Assembly (NCBI GenBank): GCA_032718475.1 | Contig: JAUCBJ010005191.1 | Location: forward strand, 91 to 64,090 | Length of the DNA stretch: 64,000 nucleotides | Direction of reading: 5' to 3' | From: Nemertoderma westbladi | Taxonomy: Eukaryota > Animalia > Xenacoelomorpha | Shown here: positions 22,801 through 34,305 of the stretch, piece by piece | Position numbering within the stretch: the stretch's first letter is position 1 | Layout: each line of letters opens with the position of its first letter | Program-made: the position numbers and the translations under genes | Notes under the pieces: model-generated | Seen by the model: only the letters and a program-made list of their open reading frames with translations | What the model was told of the DNA's origin: nothing | Database searches by the model: none

Positions 22801-25800
22801 TAGGTAAGGGTAGAGTTAGGTAAGGGTAGAGTTAGGTAAGGGTAGAGTTAGGTAAGGGTAGAGTTAGGTAAGGGTATAGTTAGGTAAGGATAGAGTTAGG
22901 TAAGGGTAGAGTTAGGTAAGGGTAGAGTTAGGTAAGGGTAGAGTTAGGTAAGGGTTGAGTTAGGTAAGGGTATAGTTAGGTAAGGGTAGAGTTAGGTAAG
23001 GGTAGAGTTAGGTAAGGGTAGAGTTAGGTAAGGGTAGAGTTAGGTAAGGGTAGAGTTAGGTAAGGGTAGAGTTAGGTAAGTAGGTAAGGGTAGAGTTAGG
23101 TAAGGGTAGAGTTAGGTAAGGGTAGAGTTAGGTAAGGGTAGAGTTAGGTAAGGGTATAGTTAGGTAAGGATAGAGTTAGGTAAGGGTAGAGTTAGGTAAG
23201 GGTAGAGTTAGGTAAGGGTAGAGTTAGGTAAGGGTTGAGTTAGGTAAGGGTATAGTTAGGTAAGGGTAGAGTTAGGTAAGGGTAGAGTGGTAGGTAGAGT
23301 AGGTAAGGGTAGAGTTAGGTAAGGGTAGAGTTAGGTAAGGGTTGAGTTAGGTAAGGGTATAGTTAGGTAAGGGTAGAGTTAGGTAAGGGTAGAGTTAGGT
23401 AAGGGTAGAGTTAGGTAAGGGTAGAGTTAGGTAAGGGTAGAGTTAGGTAAGGAGGTAAGGGTAGAGTTAGGTAAGGGTAGAGTTAGGTAAGGGTAGAGTT
23501 AGGTAAGGGTAGAGTTAGGTAAGGGTAGAGTTAGGTAAGGGTAGAGTTAGGTAAGTAGGTAAGGGTAGAGTTAGGTAAGGGTAGAGTTAGGTAAGGGTAG
23601 AGTTAGGTAAGGGTAGAGTTAGGTAAGGGTAGAGTTAGGTAAGGGTAGAGTTAGGTAAGGGTAGAGTTAGGTAAGTAGGTAAGGGTAGAGTTAGGTAAGG
23701 GTATAGTTAGGTAAGGGTAGAGTTAGGTAAGGGTAGAGTTAGGTAAGGGTAGAGTTAGGTAAGGGTAGAGTTAGGTAAGGGTAGAGTTAGGTAAGTAGGT
23801 AAGGGTAGAGTTAGGTAAGGGTAGAGTTAGGTAAGGGTAGAGTTAGGTAAGGGTAGAGTTAGGTAAGGGTAGAGTTAGGTAAGGGTAGAGTTAGGTAAGG
23901 GTAGAGTTAGGTAAGTAGGTAAGGGTAGAGTTAGGTAAGGGTAGAGTTAGGTAAGGGTAGAGTTAGGTAAGGGTAGAGTTAGGTAAGGGTAGAGTTAGGT
24001 AAGTAGGTAAGGGTAGAGTTAGGTAAGGGTAGAGTTAGGTAAGGGTAGAGTTAGGTAAGGGTAGAGTTAGGTAAGGGTAGAGTTAGGTAAGGGTAGAGTT
24101 AGGTAAGGGTAGAGTTAGGTAAGGGTAGAGTTAGGTAAGGGTAGAGTTAGGTAAGGGTAGAGTTAGGTAAGGGTAGAGTTAGGTAAGGGTAGAGTTAGGT
24201 AAGGGTAGAGTTAGGTAAGGGTAGAGTTAGGTAAGGGTAGAGTTAGGTAAGGGTAGAGTTAGGTAAGGGTAGAGTTAGGTAAGGGTAGAGTTAGGTAAGG
24301 GTAGAGTTAGGTAAGGGTAGAGTTAGGTAAGGGTAGAGTTAGGTAAGGGTAGAGTTAGGTAAGGATAGAGTTAGGTAAGGGTAGAGTTAGGTAAGGGTAG
24401 AGTTAGGTAAGTAGGTAAGGGTAGAGTTAGGTAAGGGTAGAGTTAGGTAAGGGTAGAGTTAGGTAAGGGTAGAGTTAGGTAAGGGTAGAGTTAGGTAAGG
24501 GTAGAGTTAGGTAAGGGTAGAGTTAGGTAAGGGTAGAGTTAGGTAAGGGTAGAGTTAGGTAAGGGTAGAGTTAGGTAAGGGTAGAGTTAGGTAAGGGTAG
24601 AGTTAGGTAAGGGTAGAGTTAGGTAAGGGTAGAGTTAGGTAAGGGTAGAGTTAGGTAAGGGTAGAGTTAGGTAAGGGTAGAGTTAGGTAAGGGTAGAGTT
24701 AGGTAAGGGTAGAGTTAGGTAAGGGTAGAGTTAGGTAAGGGTAGAGTTAGGTAAGGGTAGAGTTAGGTAAGGGTAGAGTTAGGTAAGGGTAGAGTTAGGT
24801 AAGGGTAGAGTTAGGTAAGGGTAGAGTTAGGTAGTAGGTAAGGGTAGAGTTAGGTAAGGGTAGAGTTAGGTAAGGGTAGAGTTAGGTAAGGGTAGAGTTA
24901 GGTAAGGGTAGAGTTAGGTAAGGGTAGAGTTAGGTAAGTAGGTAAGGGTAGAGTTAGGTAAGGGTAGAGTTAGGTAAGGGTAGAGTTAGGTAAGGGTAGA
25001 GTTAGGTAAGGGTAGAGTTAGGTAAGGGTAGAGTTAGGTAAGGGTAGAGTTAGGTAAGGGTAGAGTTAGGTAAGGGTAGAGTTAGGTAAGGGTAGAGTTA
25101 GGTAAGGGTAGAGTTAGGTAAGGGTAGAGTTAGGTAAGGGTAGAGTTAGGTAAGGGTAGAGTTAGGTAAGGGTAGAGTTAGGTAAGGGTAGAGTTAGGTA
25201 AGGGTAGAGTTAGGTAAGGGTAGAGTTAGGTAAGGGTAGAGTTAGGTAAGGGTAGAGTTAGGTAAGGGTAGAGTTAGGTAAGGGTAGAGTTAGGTAAGGG
25301 TAGAGTTAGGTAAGGGTAGAGTTAGGTAAGTAGGTAAGGGTAGAGTTAGGTAAGGGTAGAGTTAGGTAAGGGTAGAGTTAGGTAAGGGTAGAGTTAGGTA
25401 AGGGTAGAGTTAGGTAAGGGTAGAGTTAGGTAAGGGTAGAGTTAGGTAAGGGTAGAGTTAGGTAAGGGTAGAGTTAGGTAAGGGTAGAGTTAGGTAAGGG
25501 TAGAGTTAGGTAAGGGTAGAGTTAGGTAAGGGTAGAGTTAGGTAAGGGTAGAGTTAGGTAAGGGTAGAGTTAGGTAAGGGTAGAGTTAGGTAAGGGTAGA
25601 GTTAGGTAAGGGTAGAGTTAGGTAAGTAGGTAAGGGTAGAGTTAGGTAAGGGTAGAGTTAGGTAAGGGTAGAGTTAGGTAAGGGTAGAGTTAGGTAAGGG
25701 TAGAGTTAGGTAAGGGTAGAGTTAGGTAAGGGTAGAGTTAGGTAAGGGTAGAGTTAGGTAAGGGTAGAGTTAGGTAAGGGTAGAGTTAGGTAAGGGTAGA

Positions 25801-28460
25801 GTTAGGTAAGGGTAGAGTTAGGTAAGGGTAGAGTTAGGTAAGGGTAGAGTTAGGTAAGGGTAGAGTTAGGTAAGGGTAGAGTTAGGTAAGGGTAGAGTTA
25901 GGTAAGGGTAGAGTTAGGTAAGGGTAGAGTTAGGTAAGGGTAGAGTTAGGTAAGGGTAGAGTTAGGTAAGGGTAGAGTTAGGTAAGGGTAGAGTTAGGTA
26001 AGGGTAGAGTTAGGTAAGGGTAGAGTTAGGTAAGGGTAGAGTTAGGTAAGGGTAGAGTTAGGTAAGGGTAGAGTTAGGTAAGGGTAGAGTTAGGTAAGTA
26101 GGTAAGGGTAGAGTTAGGTAAGGGTAGAGTTAGGTAAGGGTAGAGTTAGGTAAGGGTAGAGTTAGGTAAGGGTAGAGTTAGGTAAGGGTAGAGTTAGGTA
26201 AGGGTAGAGTTAGGTAAGGGTAGAGTTAGGTAAGGGTAGAGTTAGGTAAGGGTAGAGTTAGGTAAGGGTAGAGTTAGGTAAGGGTAGAGTTAGGTAAGGG
26301 TAGAGTTAGGTAAGGGTAGAGTTAGGTAAGGGTAGAGTTAGGTAAGGGTAGAGTTAGGTAAGGGTAGAGTTAGGTAAGGGTAGAGTTAGGTAAGGGTAGA
26401 GTTAGGTAAGGGTAGAGTTAGGTAAGGGTAGAGTTAGGTAAGGGTAGAGTTAGGTAAGGGTAGAGTTAGGTAAGGGTAGAGTTAGGTAAGGGTAGAGTTA
26501 GGTAAGGGTAGAGTTAGGTAAGGGTAGAGTTAGGTAAGGGTAGAGTTAGGTAAGGGTAGAGTTAGGTAAGGGTAGAGTTAGGTAAGGGTAGAGTTAGGTA
26601 AGGGTAGAGTTAGGTAAGGGTAGAGTTAGGTAAGGGTAGAGTTAGGTAAGGGTAGAGTTAGGTAAGGGTAGAGTTAGGTAAGGGTAGAGTTAGGTAAGGG
26701 TAGAGTTAGGTAAGTAGGTAAGGGTAGAGTTAGGTAAGGGTAGAGTTAGGTAAGGGTAGAGTTAGGTAAGGGTAGAGTTAGGTAAGGGTAGAGTTAGGTA
26801 AGGGTAGAGTTAGGTAAGGGTAGAGTTAGGTAAGGGTAGAGTTAGGTAAGGGTAGGTAGAGTTAGGTAAGGGTAGAGTTAGGTAAGGGTAGAGTTAGGTA
26901 AGGGTAGAGTTAGGTAAGGGTAGAGTTAGGTAAGGGTAGAGTTAGGTAAGGGTAGAGTTAGGTAAGGGTAGAGTTAGGTAAGGGTAGAGTTAGGTAAGGG
27001 TAGAGTTAGGTAAGGGTAGAGTTAGGTAAGGGTAGAGTTAGGTAAGGGTAGAGTTAGGTAAGGGTAGAGTTAGGTAAGGGTAGAGTTAGGTAAGGGTAGA
27101 GTTAGGTAAGGGTAGAGTTAGGTAAGTAGGTAAGGGTAGAGTTAGGTAAGGGTAGAGTTAGGTAAGGGTAGAGTTAGGTAAGGGTAGAGTTAGGTAAGGG
27201 TAGAGTTAGGTAAGGGTAGAGTTAGGTAAGGGTAGAGTTAGGTAAGGGTAGAGTTAGGTAAGGGTAGAGTTAGGTAAGGGTAGAGTTAGGTAAGGGTAGA
27301 GTTAGGTAAGGGTAGAGTTAGGTAAGGGTAGAGTAGGAGTAGGTAAGGGTAGAGTTAGGTAAGGGTAGAGTTAGGTAAGGGTAGAGTTAGGTAAGGGTAG
27401 AGTTAGGTAAGTAGGTAAGGGTAGAGTTAGGTAAGGGTAGAGTTAGGTAAGGGTAGAGTTAGGTAAGGGTAGAGTTAGGTAAGGGTAGAGTTAGGTAAGG
27501 GTAGAGTCAGGTAAGGGTAGAGTTAGGTAAGGGTAGAGTTAGGTAAGGGTAGAGTTAGGTAAGGGTAGAGTTAGGTAAGGGTAGAGTTAGGTAAGGGTAG
27601 AGTTAGGTAAGGATAGAGTTAGGTAAGGGTAGAGTTAGGTAAGGGTAGAGTTAGGTAAGGGTAGAGTTAGGTAAGGGTAGAGTTAGGTAAGGGTAGAGTT
27701 AGGTAAGGGTAGAGTTAGGTAAGAGTAGAGTTAGGTAAGGGTAGAGTTAGGAAGGGTAGAGTTAGGTAAGGGTAGAGTTAGGTAAGGGTAGAGTTAGGTA
27801 AGGGTAGAGTTAGGTAAGGGTAGAGTTAGGTAAGGGTAGAGTTAGGTAAGGGTAGAGTCAGGTAAGGATAGAGTTAGGTAAGGGTAGAGTTAGGTAAGGG
27901 TAGAGTTAGGTAAGGGTAGAGTTAGGTAAGGGTAGAGTTAGGTAAGGGTAGAGTTAGGTAAGGGTAGAGTTAGGTAAGGGTAGAGTTAGGTAAGAGTAGA
28001 GTTAGGTAAGGGTAGAGTTAGGTAAGGGTAGAGTTAGGTAAGGGTAGAGTTAGGTAATTGTAGAGTTAGGTAAGGATTAGTTAGTTAATTAATTAGTTAG
28101 GCATTACTTATTAACAGACAAACGACTAAATGTTACAGATATCAGCCAGTTATTATTTCTATTACTGTTTTCGTTATTAGGTAATACACATTTGTTTATT
28201 GCAGACAACAAGAAATTAACCGACAACAGCGGGTCAGTATAGTAGAAGACTCAGACGCCAGACAGCAGGCCTGGTCCGAGATGCTGCTCACCTACCTACA
28301 GTCCACCAACGATCTACCGATTCACTTACATAAGACCTTACTTCCTATTATATTCCCGTGTTTGATTCAACTGGTTTGTCATGTTACTGACCCTGTGGTC
28401 CGGCGTTGTCTATATGATTGGCTAGCCACGGTCGCCGCCATCTATCACATTGTATCTTAA
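10705..28460 (+). CDS. ARFGEF3: ARFGEF3/BIG3 (brefeldin A-inhibited GEF 3), 3' part; exons 10705-10879, 14574-14669, 20407-20847, 21014-21191, 21698-21777, 22209-22363, 28205-28460
   Basis: The exons join in phase across GT-AG introns. They give IVVGLVAHQLILQLL, LLDSYK/VSCEFDSRPGLKFLVQKV...AANLYRQ, YVNMHLD, SKMYTVATNQTIDNLMKEYKRRK and AWSEMLL...IFPCLIQLVCHVTDPVVR...W..., matching recalled BIG3 C-terminal motifs (AANLYRQ, YIQMHLD, IYTMAADKTISKLMTEYKKRK, FPCISQLTCHVTD). The 5' exons are not in the window. Confidence 0.92.
11170..11485. repeat. 32-33-bp AT-rich minisatellite, about 10 copies
   Basis: Unit TATGACTGAATATGATTATATATTTATGTAAT. Confidence 0.9.
11685..13343 (-). CDS. Divergent pyruvate kinase-like protein, intronless, nested antisense in an ARFGEF3 intron
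   Basis: 552-aa ORF with PK motifs IGPACRSV, EYHAETI, AKVEN, GRGDLG, EKVFVAQK, PTRAE.DVANAVLDG.DCVMLS.ET..G.YP and a C-terminal domain (TGRTAQLIA.LRP). Several catalytic motifs are altered (see findings). Confidence 0.93.
   Translation of the reverse strand: MSGGECLTPELRRRLNKVRLPNLGGGQIDTPCACREEDDDGLQTPDDAGILATVYDVTELDHVCSLRVEAPVSALRLTGIAASIGPACRSVATLTDMIASGVDIFRVLMRDEPREYHAETIAMVREAVNNHSNSTSTNERVAIAIDTMGRVTNGSFTSNSSRVLYQGDRVLLRPTGAPTAPTGHCILVDNRVAFSRVRVGQTVYLDGYMIALRVAAVGPEELQCVVACGGPVSPGSFRVNIDLTDIPVISEKDTADIRWGVERGVEFVFLTGVERREDIELVRDIVGTSGVNIVAKVENIVAVRNYDDILETADGVLIGRGDLGADITIEKVFVAQKSLIARANERGRPVVVAGQLLVSMTTRPLPTRAESVDVANAVLDGTDCVMLSDETSRGSYPAHSVGMTDRICRQAESVQYRYDNLKQRLHSSSDTKAIVVGAVESCGDSNAAAIIVLSTTGRTAQLIAALRPEKPIIAVVDNELLANQMVLWRGIHPVWVEPREYGGWDAMTRGYLAAAVREGKRRWGLRDGDIVVCVSGLLIKTNIYNAVRIITV
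14574..14669 (+). CDS. ARFGEF3: ARFGEF3 internal exon (96 nt, phase 0-0)
   Basis: ttttaatcag|GGC GAC...AGC TAT AAG|gtatgt; GDTENDSSKAIPTNLTQDQQRTMLDCLLDSYK. Confidence 0.88.
14818..17390. repeat. 20-bp G-rich minisatellite, about 128 copies, intronic
   Basis: Unit GTGACTGGGTGGGTCTATTG. Confidence 0.97.
17879..18857. mobile_element. Non-autonomous foldback DNA transposon (MULE/Phantom-like) with arms of 15-bp tandem repeats and a 9-10-bp TSD
   Basis: Left arm is about 57 copies of GGACAATTGCGACC(C/G) (17885-18738). Right arm is about 5 inverted copies (GGTCGCAATTGTCC, ~18774-18850). The direct repeat ACCGGGAGAG flanks both ends (17869-17878 and 18858-18867). Confidence 0.75.
19157..20370. 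repeat. Two-variant 27/28-bp minisatellite with a hairpin core, about 43 units, intronic
   Basis: Constant GGTGCTGTGTGTAACACAGC followed by either AACAACAA or TAGAATA. Confidence 0.95.
20407..20847 (+). CDS. ARFGEF3: ARFGEF3 internal exon (441 nt, phase 0-0)
   Basis: ttctcag|GTT TCC TGT GAA TTC GAT...TAC GAG|gtgaga; EFDSRPGLKFLVQKVAQLDVAANLYRQ...WVLKRLFAISYE. Confidence 0.92.
21014..21191 (+). CDS. ARFGEF3: ARFGEF3 internal exon (phase 0-1)
   Basis: ttattacag|GTG ACC ACT...TAC AGC G|gtaagt; VTTSYVNMHLDQ...QPLFLL. Confidence 0.88.
21178..21395. repeat. 43-45-bp tandem repeat (5 copies) spanning an ARFGEF3 exon end and 5' splice site
   Basis: Unit AAACAATACAGCG|GT(A/G)AGTCA(T/G)TGTTGTTATAGCAACGAAAGT. 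Donor-like GT at 21192, 21237, 21280, 21323 and 21366. Confidence 0.9.
21543..21650 (+). CDS. Possible optional symmetric (phase 1-1) ARFGEF3 exon
   Basis: Good acceptor ctttactcccacag. 108 nt open in the phase-1 frame (VYAKFPQLEATRVTAPPGRK...). The donor is weak (gtatta), the following intron is only 47 nt, and the exon is not needed for frame. Confidence 0.25.
21698..21777 (+). CDS. ARFGEF3: ARFGEF3 internal exon (phase 1-0)
   Basis: tttacag|TT GAC GAT GAA...TCC AAG|gtttct; DDEGEEMEIKVRYPAVNQETDTSQSK. It bridges the phase between flanking exons. Confidence 0.75.
22209..22363 (+). CDS. ARFGEF3: ARFGEF3 penultimate exon (phase 0-2)
   Basis: cattag|ATG TAC ACC GTA...GAT AGA GTT AG|gtaagg; MYTVATNQTIDNLMKEYKRRK. 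Confidence 0.92.
22355..28075. repeat. 16-bp minisatellite, about 355 copies, derived from the ARFGEF3 exon/intron junction
   Basis: Unit TAGAGTTAG|GTAAGGG. The first 9 nt of the first unit are exonic. Confidence 0.97.
28205..28460 (+). CDS. ARFGEF3: ARFGEF3 terminal coding exon
   Basis: ttattgcag|A CAA CAA GAA...GTA TCT TAA; QQRVSIVEDSDARQQAWSEMLLTYLQ...IFPCLIQLVCHVTDPVVRRCLYDWLATVAAIYHIVS*. Confidence 0.93.
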
Positions 28461-28510
28461 CTCTGTCTCGATCGGTTAGCCAACATTTATTAAAACAATT
28501 TTTGTTTGCA

Positions 28511-28516
28511 AATAAA
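28511..28516 (+). terminator. Putative polyadenylation signal of ARFGEF3
   Basis: AATAAA about 50 nt after the stop codon. Confidence 0.5.
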
Positions 28517-28587
28517 CGTTCTTATACATTCCAAATTTATTAACTTCATTAACTTAAACTCATACCGAGTGTATTAATATTTTGGTA

Positions 28588-28775
28588 AATTACAACCAGA
28601 TGGAACATACGTATGTTTAATTACAACCAGATGGAACATACGTATGTCTAATTACAACCAGATGGAACATACGTATGTTTAATTACAACCAGATGGAACA
28701 TACGTATGTTTAATTACAACCAGATGGAACATACGTATGTTTAATTACAACCAGATGGAACATACGTATGTTTAA
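28588..28775. repeat. 31-bp tandem repeat, 6 copies, containing a 14-bp palindrome
   Basis: Unit AATTACAACCAGATGGAACATACGTATGTTT; AACATACGTATGTT is self-complementary. Confidence 0.92.
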
Positions 28776-29274
28776 GTTTTTTTGTTTATCTGTTTTCTGT
28801 GTATGAGTATGTTTTTATGTTTTGGTTGCAATGATTTAAGTCAATAATATTTTAGAATAATTATTATATCTCTATTTAGTTAGAACTAATAAGATTTTTG
28901 TGTGACAGGGTTTTTACGTTTGTATATTTTATCCTGGTTCACTATTATATTGATGCATTTACTTTATTACAGTTTCTACTATTTTAACCAAATAATGTAT
29001 TTCCCGGACTTTGCAGTATTCCACTTTACGGTGCTGGTAGTTGTATAAAGCAGTTTTTTTAGCAATTTTGTTTCGTATGAGGCCGATAGAGTTATTATTT
29101 ATTTATAAACAGCGGTACATTTATTTGATTATTTGATTCACCAGGTATTTTTTAACGTTTGTTTTATTTTCCCCTCCAATATTCATTGTTCATCTATTAA
29201 TACAGGTAATCCAAGTTATCCCAGTATCGTTGCATCTCATTATCTTATTGATATTTTATTTATATTCATTAAAT

Positions 29275-32200
29275 GGAACCACCGAACCGGATATTGTTTG
29301 AATGACTTTATAGACTCCCACTCCAGGGTGTGATCGGAACCACCGAACCGGTTATTGTTTGAATGACTTTATAGACTCCCACTCCAGGGTGTGATCGGAA
29401 CCACCGAACCGGTTATTGTTTGAATGACTTTATAGACTCCCACTCCAGGGTGTGATCGGAACCACCGAACCGGTTATTGTTTGAATGACTTTATAGACTC
29501 CCACTCCAGGGTGTGATCGGAACCACCGAACCGGTTATTGTTTGAATGACTTTATAGACTCCCACTCCAGGGTGTGATCGGAACCACCGAACCGGTTATT
29601 GTTTGAATGACTTTATAGACTCCCACTCCAGGGTGTGATCGGAACCACCGAACCGGTTATTGTTTGAATGACTTTATAGACTCCCACTCCAGGGTGTGAT
29701 CGGAACCACCGAACCGGTTATTGTTTGAATGACTTTATAGACTCCCACTCCAGGGTGTGATCGGAACCACCGAACCGGTTATTGTTTGAATGACTTTATA
29801 GACTCCCACTCCAGGGTGTGATCGGAACCACCGAACCGGTTATTGTTTGAATGACTTTATAGACTCCCACTCCAGGGTGTGATCGGAACCACCGAACCGG
29901 TTATTGTTTGAATGACTTTATAGACTCCCACTCCAGGGTGTGATCGGAACCACCGAACCGGTTATTGTTTGAATGACTTTATAGACTCCCACTCCAGGGT
30001 GTGATCGGAACCACCGAACCGGTTATTGTTTGAATGACTTTATAGACTCCCACTCCAGGGTGTGATCGGAACCACCGAACCGGTTATTGTTTGAATGACT
30101 TTATAGACTCCCACTCCAGGGTGTGATCGGAACCACCGAACCGGTTATTGTTTGAATGACTTTATAGACTCCCACTCCAGGGTGTGATCGGAACCACCGA
30201 ACCGGTTATTGTTTGAATGACTTTATAGACTCCCACTCCAGGGTGTGATCGGAACCACCGAACCGGTTATTGTTTGAATGACTTTATAGACTCCCACTCC
30301 AGGGTGTGATCGGAACCACCGAACCGGTTATTGTTTGAATGACTTTATAGACTCCCACTCCAGGGTGTGATCGGAACCACCGAACCGGTTATTGTTTGAA
30401 TGACTTTATAGACTCCCACTCCAGGGTGTAATCGGAACCACCGAACCGGTTATTGTTTGAATGACTTTATAGACTCCCACTCCAGGGTGTGATCGGAACC
30501 ACCGAACCGGTTATTGTTTGAATGACTTTATAGACTCCCACTCCAGGGTGTGATCGGAACCACCGAACCGGTTATTGTTTGAATGACTTTATAGACTCCC
30601 ACTCCAGGGTGTGATCGGAACCACCGAACCGGTTATTGTTTGAATGACTTTATAGACTCCCACTCCAGGGTGTGATCGGAACCACCGAACCGGTTATTGT
30701 TTGAATGACTTTATAGACTCCCACTCCAGGGTGTGATCGGAACCACCGAACCGGTTATTGTTTGAATGACTTTATAGACTCCCACTCCAGGGTGTGATCG
30801 GAACCACCGAACCGGTTATTGTTTGAATGACTTTATAGACTCCCACTCCAGGGTGTGATCGGAACCACCGAACCGGTTATTGTTTGAATGACTTTATAGA
30901 CTCCCACTCCAGGGTGTAATCGGAACCACCGAACCGGTTATTGTTTGAATGACTTTATAGACTCCCACTCCAGGGTGTGATCGGAACCACCGAACCGGTT
31001 ATTGTTTGAATGACTTTATAGACTCCCACTCCAGGGTGTGATCGGAACCACCGAACCGGTTATTGTTTGAATGACTTTATAGACTCCCACTCCAGGGTGT
31101 GATCGGAACCACCGAACCGGTTATTGTTTGAATGACTTTATAGACTCCCACTCCAGGGTGTGATCGGAACCACCGAACCGGTTATTGTTTGAATGACTTT
31201 ATAGACTCCCACTCCAGGGTGTGATCGGAACCACCGAACCGGTTATTGTTTGAATGACTTTATAGACTCCCACTCCAGGGTGTGATCGGAACCACCGAAC
31301 CGGTTATTGTTTGAATGACTTTATAGACTCCCACTCCAGGGTGTGATCGGAACCACCGAACCGGTTATTGTTTGAATGACTTTATAGACTCCCACTCCAG
31401 GGTGTGATCGGAACCACCGAACCGGTTATTGTTTGAATGACTTTATAGACTCCCACTCCAGGGTGTGATCGGAACCACCGAACCGGTTATTGTTTGAATG
31501 ACTTTATAGACTCCCACTCCAGGGTGTGATCGGAACCACCGAACCGGTTATTGTTTGAATGACTTTATAGACTCCCACTCCAGGGTGTGATCGGAACCAC
31601 CGAACCGGTTATTGTTTGAATGACTTTATAGACTCCCACTCCAGGGTGTGATCGGAACCACCGAACCGGTTATTGTTTGAATGACTTTATAGACTCCCAC
31701 TCCAGGGTGTGATCGGAACCACCGAACCGGTTATTGTTTGAATGACTTTATAGACTCCCACTCCAGGGTGTGATCGGAACCACCGAACCGGTTATTGTTT
31801 GAATGACTTTATAGACTCCCACTCCAGGGTGTGATCGGAACCACCGAACCGGTTATTGTTTGAATGACTTTATAGACTCCCACTCCAGGGTGTGATCGGA
31901 ACCACCGAACCGGTTATTGTTTGAATGACTTTATAGACTCCCACTCCAGGGTGTGATCGGAACCACCGAACCGGTTATTGTTTGAATGACTTTATAGACT
32001 CCCACTCCAGGGTGTGATCGGAACCACCGAACCGGTTATTGTTTGAATGACTTTATAGACTCCCACTCCAGGGTGTGATCGGAACCACCGAACCGGTTAT
32101 TGTTTGAATGACTTTATAGACTCCCACTCCAGGGTGTGATCGGAACCACCGAACCGGTTATTGTTTGAATGACTTTATAGACTCCCACTCCAGGGTGTGA

Positions 32201-33728
32201 TCGGAACCACCGAACCGGTTATTGTTTGAATGACTTTATAGACTCCCACTCCAGGGTGTGATCGGAACCACCGAACCGGTTATTGTTTGAATGACTTTAT
32301 AGACTCCCACTCCAGGGTGTGATCGGAACCACCGAACCGGTTATTGTTTGAATGACTTTATAGACTCCCACTCCAGGGTGTGATCGGAACCACCGAACCG
32401 GTTATTGTTTGAATGACTTTATAGACTCCCACTCCAGGGTGTGATCGGAACCACCGAACCGGTTATTGTTTGAATGACTTTATAGACTCCCACTCCAGGG
32501 TGTGATCGGAACCACCGAACCGGTTATTGTTTGAATGACTTTATAGACTCCCACTCCAGGGTGTGATCGGAACCACCGAACCGGTTATTGTTTGAATGAC
32601 TTTATAGACTCCCACTCCAGGGTGTGATCGGAACCACCGAACCGGTTATTGTTTGAATGACTTTATAGACTCCCACTCCAGGGTGTGATCGGAACCACCG
32701 AACCGGTTATTGTTTGAATGACTTTATAGACTCCCACTCCAGGGTGTAATCGGAACCACCGAACCGGTTATTGTTTGAATGACTTTATAGACTCCCACTC
32801 CAGGGTGTGATCGGAACCACCGAACCGGTTATTGTTTGAATGACTTTATAGACTCCCACTCCAGGGTGTAATCGGAACCACCGAACCGGTTATTGTTTGA
32901 ATGACTTTATAGACTCCCACTCCAGGGTGTAATCGGAACCACCGAACCGGTTATTGTTTGAATGACTTTATAGACTCCCACTCCAGGGTGTGATCGGAAC
33001 CACCGAACCGGTTATTGTTTGAATGACTTTATAGACTCCCACTCCAGGGTGTGATCGGAACCACCGAACCGGATATTGTTTGAATGACTTTATAGACTCC
33101 CACTCCAGGGTGTAATCGGAACCACCGAACCGGTTATTGTTTGAATGACTTTATAGACTCCCACTCCAGGGTGTGATCGGAACCACCGAACCGGTTATTG
33201 TTTGAATGACTTTATAGACTCCCACTCCAGGGTGTAATCGGAACCACCGAACCGGTTATTGTTTCAATGACTTTATAGACTCCCACTCCAGGGTGTAATC
33301 GGAACCACCGAACCGGATATTGTTTGAATGACTTTATAGACTCCCACTCCAGGGTGTAATCGGAACCACCGAACCGGATATTGTTTGAATGACTTTATAG
33401 ACTCCCACTCCAGGGTGTAATCGGAACCACCGAACCGGTTATTGTTTCAATGACTTTATAGACTCCCACTCCAGGGTGTAATCGGAACCACCGAACCGGA
33501 TATTGTTTGAATGACTTTATAGACTCCCACTCCAGGGTGTAATCGGAACCACCGAACCGGTTATTGTTTCAATGACTTTATAGACTCCCACTCCAGGGTG
33601 TAATCGGAACCACCGAACCGGATATTGTTTGAATGACTTTATAGACTCCCACTCCAGGGTGTAATCGGAACCACCGAACCGGTTATTGTTTCAATGACTT
33701 TATAGACTCCCACTCCAGGGTGTAATCT
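29275..33728. repeat. 61-bp satellite, about 73 near-identical copies
   Basis: Unit GGAACCACCGAACCGGTTATTGTTTGAATGACTTTATAGACTCCCACTCCAGGGTGTGATC. Variants are concentrated at the right edge. Confidence 0.97.
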
Positions 33729-34003
33729 ATTAGATTAAAGGGTGGAGCCTTTCTATTAGTTGGCAACTACCATTTATTGTAACGGAGGTAGAGGATGTAT
33801 TGTCGTTAATATTTTTTAACCTTTTAACTTTTATTCAACTATCTTCAGTCTTTTAAGTCTAATATACTAGTAAAATAATTTCAACATTAGTTAACTCCAC
33901 TATTTACAGGTCATTATTATAATATTAGCACGTCATAATATTGAGTCATTTGGAATTCGATGGATTCTACTAGGCAAGAACTGATGTTAATTGTTATATT
34001 CTG

Positions 34004-34305
34004 AGTGTGCTGATTGCTTTTCAGTGTGCTGATTGCTTTTCAGTGTGCTGATTGCTTTTCAGTGTGCTGATTGCTTTTCAGTGTGCTGATTGCTTTTCAG
34101 TGTGCTGATTGCTTTTCAGTGTGCTGATTGCTTTTCAGTGTGCTGATTGCTTTTCAGTGTGCTGATTGCTTTTCAGTGTGCTGATTGCTTTTCAGTGTGC
34201 TGATTGCTTTTCAGTGTGCTGATTGCTTTTCAGTGTGCTGATTGCTTTTCAGTGTGCTGATTGCTTTTCAGTGTGCTGATTGCTTTTCAGTGTGCTTATT
34301 TCTTT
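34004..34305. repeat. 19-bp minisatellite, about 15 copies
   Basis: Unit GTGTGCTGATTGCTTTTCA. Confidence 0.95.

Noticed and set aside
22355-28075. Interstitial telomere (TTAGG/TAAGGG-like)
   Set aside because: The unit is 16 bp, not a 5-6-bp telomeric repeat, and it matches the local exon-intron junction exactly.
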